From the NCBI RefSeq assembly GCF_006345805.1, contig NC_043001.1, positions 18,414,001 through 18,478,000 on the forward strand: DNA of 64,000 bases, in the 5' to 3' direction. This document shows positions 58,801 to 64,000 of the stretch, in pieces. Each line of letters opens with the position of its first letter. The stretch's first letter is position 1. The notes beneath the pieces are model-generated. The model was not told the DNA's origin, did not search any database, and saw only the letters and a list, made by a program, of their open reading frames with translations. The position numbers and the translations under genes were made by a program. The stretch is from Octopus sinensis. Taxonomy: Eukaryota.

Positions 58801-61800
58801 TGGGTTCAGTCCCACTGCATGGCATCTTGGGCAAGTGTCTTCTAATACATCCCAGGGCCGACCAAAACCATCCTCTGTCAATTTGGTAGATGGAAACTGA
58901 AAGAAGCCTATTGTACGTGTGTTGTGTGTGTGTGTGTTTACCCATGTCTTGACATGTGATGATTGTAAATCAGCCTTCTAAGAAACATATGTCAGGTTTT
59001 GGGGAAATATTACCTTACCTGGAAACAGGTGGAGGTTGGTGATAGAAACAGGTGGAGGTTGGCTGTAGGAAACCTGCCTCAACAAATTCTGTCCTATTCA
59101 TTCTGCCATGTAAAAGTAGACATTAATGTTACCAAGCCGGCTGAAACTGACTCTGGCTCTGTAGTACAAATGTCTTGTTTTCATAAGTTTTGAATTAAAA
59201 ATCTTCCACCAAACCTTAGTCACAATTTATGTTCCTAACACTAGCTTAATGATTACTAAGTTATTTTACTAAATTCTTTGTTATATTTAAAATTAATTGA
59301 AAGAAACACAGAGCATCTCAACAGAAATATGGTCGCAAAAGGGTTAAAATATATAATAGAGAAACAACTCTTAACCCTTTCGTTACCAACCCAGCTGAAA
59401 CCGGCTCTGGCTCTGAGTACAAATGTCTTGTTTTCATAAGTTTTGAATTAAAATCTTCCACCAAACCTTAGTCACAATTTATGTTAAGTTATTTTACTAA
59501 ATTCTTTGTTATCTTTAAAGTAATTGAAAGAAATACAGAGCATCTTAAAATAAATACAGTAATGAAAGGGTTAAAGCAACAAGGATGAATGTATTCATTT
59601 CTCTAAATTCCATCAATCATGAAACAGAAGTGACACTCAGTGATAATCCTTCTAAAGTAGGATAAGTTGGTATTTGTAAGCCTGTGGAATGTCTTTGAAT
59701 GGATTTTAAGTCGAGAGAGGTATTTATGTAGTTCATGTTTAATTCCATTGGTTTTTTTATTTTATGTATTTTGTTCAATTTTAACAGGTGAATTGCAACA
59801 ATGTGATGTTAGCATTCCAGCACCTTCTCAGGACACCGGCTGTACTGCACGGTGGGGGCTGCTGGCAGTTCACTTTGGCTAACAAGCTTAGAGTTGAGGT
59901 AAAACTATTTTCTCTGCATTATTTACATTATTTACATTCAACAGATATTTGTCCTCATCTTTGTTCTTAACACAATGTTTTAGCTGATATACCCTCCAGC
60001 CTTCTTCAGGTGTCTTGGGGAAATTTCATACTATTTTCTCTATTGGTTACTTGGAATATTTTCTTATTTGTTCTATCCTTTACTCATCTCTTCAGTATTT
60101 AGTCTCCAACTCATCTTCTCTTGAAATATTTATCATACACTTCCTTGCTTCCCATCTACAAGGATTCAGGGTCAGTCCCACTGCATGACATGTTGGGCAA
60201 ATGTCTCCTGTTATAGCATCTAGCTGACCAAAGCCTTATGAGTGAGTGGATTTGGTTGGTGGAAATTGAAAGAAGCCTGTTTGGTGTATGTGTGTGTGTG
60301 CATGTATCATCATGATCATCATCATTTAACATCCGGTATGGCTTGGACTCTTTTACCAGGGTTGGTAAGCTGAGGGGCTGCACCAGACTCCAGTCTGATT
60401 TGGCATGGTTTCTACGGCTGGATGCACTTCCTAATGCCAACCATTCCAAGAGTGTAATGAATGCTTTTGTGTGCCACCAGCATGTGTGCCATTTGCGTGA
60501 CACCAGAATCTGCCATGACTATAATTTTACTTGGCTTCATGAGTCTTCTACTGAAGCATGGCAAATTGCTAAAGGAAGGTCTCAGTGATAATTTCTTTTT
60601 GGTTGGTAGAAATTGAAAGAAGCTCTTGCTTGGGATGGAAACTGAAAGAAGCCTATTGTACATGTGTTGTGTGTGTGTGTTCACCCATGTCTTGGCATGT
60701 GATAATTGTAAATCAACCTTCTAAGAAACACGTCAGGTCTTGTGGTGAGCTGGTAGAATTGTTAGCAAACCAGACAAAATACATGTAACAGACTTGGTAA
60801 GATCTGGTACTCAAACCCTCCGCCCGCGTTAAAAGTTAAAATATTTAGAACACTGATTGAGCCAGTCCTTCTCTATGGATCAGGGACCTTGACCTTATTG
60901 GCTCCCTTAGAAAAGCAACTAAATGGAACATATACCAACCTGCTCAGAAAGATACAGAACATCAGTTGGAGATCACTCCCAACACTTAGTAACATTTATG
61001 GAAATCTGATAGCAATATCCCTCAAGAGCAGAAACGGCTACAATTTACTGACCACTGTCATCGAGCAGAGAAAAAGGTTATCTCATCCCTATTCTTATGG
61101 CATCCCTCTGGAAGTGTTTTCTCCAGGAAACTGACATTTCCAGGTACTATATCACAGAACTCATGGCTGGATATTAGAGAGTTTCAATGGAGTTCTGACC
61201 AACCATAGGCTGGTCGAAGGAAGGTGATGATGATGATGAAAGGTCTAGGTCATATGTCATTGCCTCTGCGTGGCCCTATGCTTGAAAGGTGCTTCTCACC
61301 TGCCATAGGCATGGGTGCTAGTTACACGGCACCAGCATCAGCCACATTGCCTCTGTGAGGTCACACACACACATATATATATCATAGTTGTGGTTGATGC
61401 TAGTGTCACATATTGTTTCTCATCATCATCATTGTTTAACGTCTGCTTTCCATGAGGGCTGGTGAACCAGATGGCTGCACCAGGCTTCAATCTTGATCTG
61501 GCAGAGTTTCTACAGCTGGATGCCCTTCCTAACACCAACCACTCTGAGAGTGTAGTGGGTGCTTTTACATGCCACCAGCACGGGGCCAATCAGGCGGTAG
61601 TGGCAACGACCTTGCTGTAATCTTTTACACATGCCACCGGCACAGGTGCCTGTAAGGTGACGCTGGTAATGATCACGCTTGAATGGTGTCTTTTATGTGC
61701 CATCGGCACGGAGGCCAGATAGCCGCTCTGGCAACGATCACGCCTGAATTGTGCTCTTTAAGGTGACACTGGTAACGATCACCCTCAAATGGTGCCTTTT

Positions 61801-62423
61801 AAGTGCCACTGGCACAGAAGCTGGTTAGCCGCTGTGCTATTCTATCTATTCTCCAGCATTCAGATTTCTGTGTCAAATGTGATGCTTATTTATTTACATT
61901 GTCTTGAATTAATTGTCTGTTATCTCATAGATTCAAGATTTCGGTGATGTGGTTGTTTATTTTTAGAATGACATTGAAGGGTAGGTGTGAGAGGCTGGAC
62001 CTGACTTTTTCCAACATAATACAGAATATTTGAGTCTAATATTGCTTGCAAAGACCTGTTGAATATTTCCGTCTACCAAATCTACTCACAAGGCTTTGGT
62101 CGGCCCAAGGCTACAATAGAAGATACTTACCCAAGGTGCCACACAATGGGACTGAACCCAGAACCGTATAGTTGGGAAGCAAAATTCTTACCACACAGTC
62201 ATACCTGCACCTATATTGTATGTTTTTAAATGGCTAATAGTATTTTATGATTATTTTTAATAATGTATTCTAGTTTTGGAGAGACCAGTGTCATTGGTAA
62301 AATGGAATTAAAAGATATTCTTAATATTTATTTGTTAGTTGTTTTTTATGCATATTTGCACTGGTGTGATTGTGGTAAGAAGCTTGCTTCCCAACCATAT
62401 GGTTTCAGTCTTATTATTATTAC

Positions 62424-62462
<39 letters not shown>

Positions 62463-62483
62463 TATTATTATTATTATTATTAC

Positions 62484-62519
<36 letters not shown>

Positions 62520-62622
62520 TATTATTATTATTATATTATTATTATTATTTTTATTATTATTATTTTTATTATTATTATTATTATTATTATTGTTTTTATT
62601 ATTATTATTATTGTTATTATTA

Positions 62623-62657
<35 letters not shown>

Positions 62658-63144
62658 TTTTTGCCTATTTCAGGTTTCTGAAAATTTAGAAAGCTTCTCC
62701 AGTAAACTGGATTGTTCCGAGTCCCAGTTATTGCAGCTGTGTGATTATCTATGCACAAGTTTGGAACAAGCTGTTTCCCCATCTTCTCAGCAGGGCAAGA
62801 AATGTTTCACCCATCCTTCAGCTGGTCATCTTTGGATACAGGATGACCATGAAGTTAACGCAGAAAAAACTTGTTCATGTGGTGTGCTTTGTTGTAGTTT
62901 GTCAGATTTGAAACTTCAACCTTTAGAACATTCTCCTTCATTTGACAGATTTTCTAAGAAAGAGCTTTATGGCTCTTATAAACCTCTTGATACAATATCC
63001 AGTTCTGAACCTCCTAAGAAACCTCTTCTAATGGACTGCTTTATTCCATGGCAAACTGCTGTAGAAATATCGGTACTTCTAGCCAATATGGCTCTTAGTA
63101 CCAATCAGTTTATCTTTGACACCAACTGTAAACCATCAACATAG
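51811..63144 (+). CDS. MKKS: McKusick-Kaufman/Bardet-Biedl syndrome 6 chaperonin-like protein; 4 coding exons, 1752 nt, 583 aa
   Basis: Exons 51811-52801 (acceptor at 51794), 54551-54729, 59788-59898 and 62674-63144 join in frame. Motifs GP.G.IK..N..GGHV.LTS.SS.LL, GDGALF, LSSKP, CQKVVHP.LK..L....DRLG, GGGC, GHLW, CSCG and LMDC are present. The exon pattern (991/179/111/471) parallels human MKKS as recalled. Confidence 0.93.
54551..54729 (+). CDS. MKKS: MKKS coding exon 2 (DSVPISSFSSACSPDQLGKI...VVCSQMEEQLEELK)
   Basis: Acceptor attttcag, donor gttggt; phase 1 in, phase 0 out. Confidence 0.88.
59788..59898 (+). CDS. MKKS: MKKS coding exon 3 (VNCNNVMLAFQHLLRTPAVLHGGGCWQFTLANKLRVE)
   Basis: Acceptor ttttaacag, donor gtaaaa, 111 nt, GGGC motif. 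Confidence 0.92.
60797..61240 (+). mobile_element. Decayed RTE-like LINE C-terminal fragment
   Basis: KIWYSN..LKVKIFRTLIEPVLLYGS..LT....LNGTYTNLLRKIQNISW. Confidence 0.65.
62413..62657. repeat. (ATT)n tract of about 245 bp just upstream of the last MKKS acceptor
   Basis: Read directly from the sequence. Confidence 0.95.
62674..63144 (+). CDS. MKKS: MKKS last coding exon (VSENLESF...IFDTNCKPST*)
   Basis: Acceptor ttttttgcctatttcag; ends in TAG at 63142-63144. Confidence 0.92.
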   Translation, partial: VSENLESFSSKLDCSESQLLQLCDYLCTSLEQAVSPSSQQGKKCFTHPSAGHLWIQDDHEVNAEKTCSCGVLCCSLSDLKLQPLEHSPSFDRFSKKELYGSYKPLDTISSSEPPKKPLLMDCFIPWQTAVEISVLLANMALSTNQFIFDTNCKPST

Positions 63145-63676
63145 TATTTCATTTCAGTGGTGTACTTGCAAGGCAGGTGATTTAATCTGAAGCCATGTGT
63201 CGAGACTAAAACAATTACAGCATGGAAGGCACATATTTAGCTATCGAAAACCATACAAAAACTGTTAGTTTCATTTAAACATTCATCGTTTAATGTCAAA
63301 ATTTTCATCACATCAGTTGTGATGAAATCACTGCCACAGTTTCATTGCATCTCTGCGCAGTGGAACAGTATCAACGACCAGATCACAGATGTTGCAACAA
63401 AAATTTTGACCACAAATGGTAAATGTTTAAGTGAAGTCAAGTCTTTGTGTGTTTTTAAATGGCTAATAGTATTTTATGATTATATTTAATATTGTATTTT
63501 AGTTTTGGAGAGACCAGTGTTGTTTTCATCTTCATAAATCTAAAATTGTTTACATCAGGGTTGGCAGATTCTACTCCAAGAGTAATGTTTTATTTCACAA
63601 ATATTGATGAGAGTTGGTAAATATTGAGTCTGAATTTATAAATTTATGTAATTTATATTCTTTGGATATAAAGTGA

Positions 63677-63682
63677 AATAAA
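63677..63682 (+). terminator. Candidate polyadenylation signal AATAAA of MKKS
   Basis: AATAAA about 530 nt after the MKKS stop, followed by T-rich sequence. Confidence 0.35.
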
Positions 63683-64000
63683 TTTAAACTTGTTAATATT
63701 TGGATATGGTAAAATGGAATTAAAAGATATTCTTAATATTTATTTTTAGTTGTTTATTTTTTGCTTATTTGTACAGGTGTAATTGTGGTAAGAGACTTAC
63801 TTCCCAACCACATGGTTTCAGGTTCAGTCTTACTGCATGACACTTTGGGTCAGTGTCTTTTACTGTAGTCCAAGGTCAGCCAAAGCCTTGTGTATAGATT
63901 TGGTAGTTAGAAATTGAAAGAAGCCTATTTTGTATATATATATATATATATATATCATCATCATCATCATCATCATTTAACGTCCGCTTTCCATGCTAGC

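Noticed and set aside
62263-62673. N-terminal poly-Ile/Leu part of the 293-aa ORF
   Set aside because: It is read-through of the (ATT)n tract; the real exon starts at the acceptor at 62674.

Overview
This is AT-rich, repeat-dense eukaryotic genomic DNA. The SINE and microsatellite landscape points to an octopus or other coleoid cephalopod, but that is an inference from recalled repeat families. All exons, ORFs and base counts below were read by hand. The minus strand carries two tandem paralogues of lysosomal aspartylglucosaminidase (AGA). Copy B is complete (8 coding exons, 44104->20378, 350 aa). Copy A has exons 1-5 in the window (16342->749) and runs off the left edge. On the plus strand, head-to-head with AGA-B, lies an MKKS/BBS6 chaperonin-like gene (4 coding exons, 51811->63144, 583 aa). 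The main finding is two small plus-strand exons upstream of MKKS (47326-47535 and 49484-49663). Each holds a complete single-TM microprotein ORF (59 aa and 54 aa) that falls below the ORF-track cutoff. They align without gaps to the human MKKS upstream-ORF mitochondrial microproteins uMKKS1 and uMKKS2 as I recall them, in the same order. This suggests a uORF1-uORF2-MKKS polycistronic transcript conserved from molluscs to mammals. Secondary findings are a structurally complete type I hammerhead ribozyme inside a foldback element (21728-21788), a second repeat family carrying a Penelope-type minimal hammerhead, fast amino-acid divergence between the AGA paralogues, and an apparent SINE-to-SINE gene-conversion tract.
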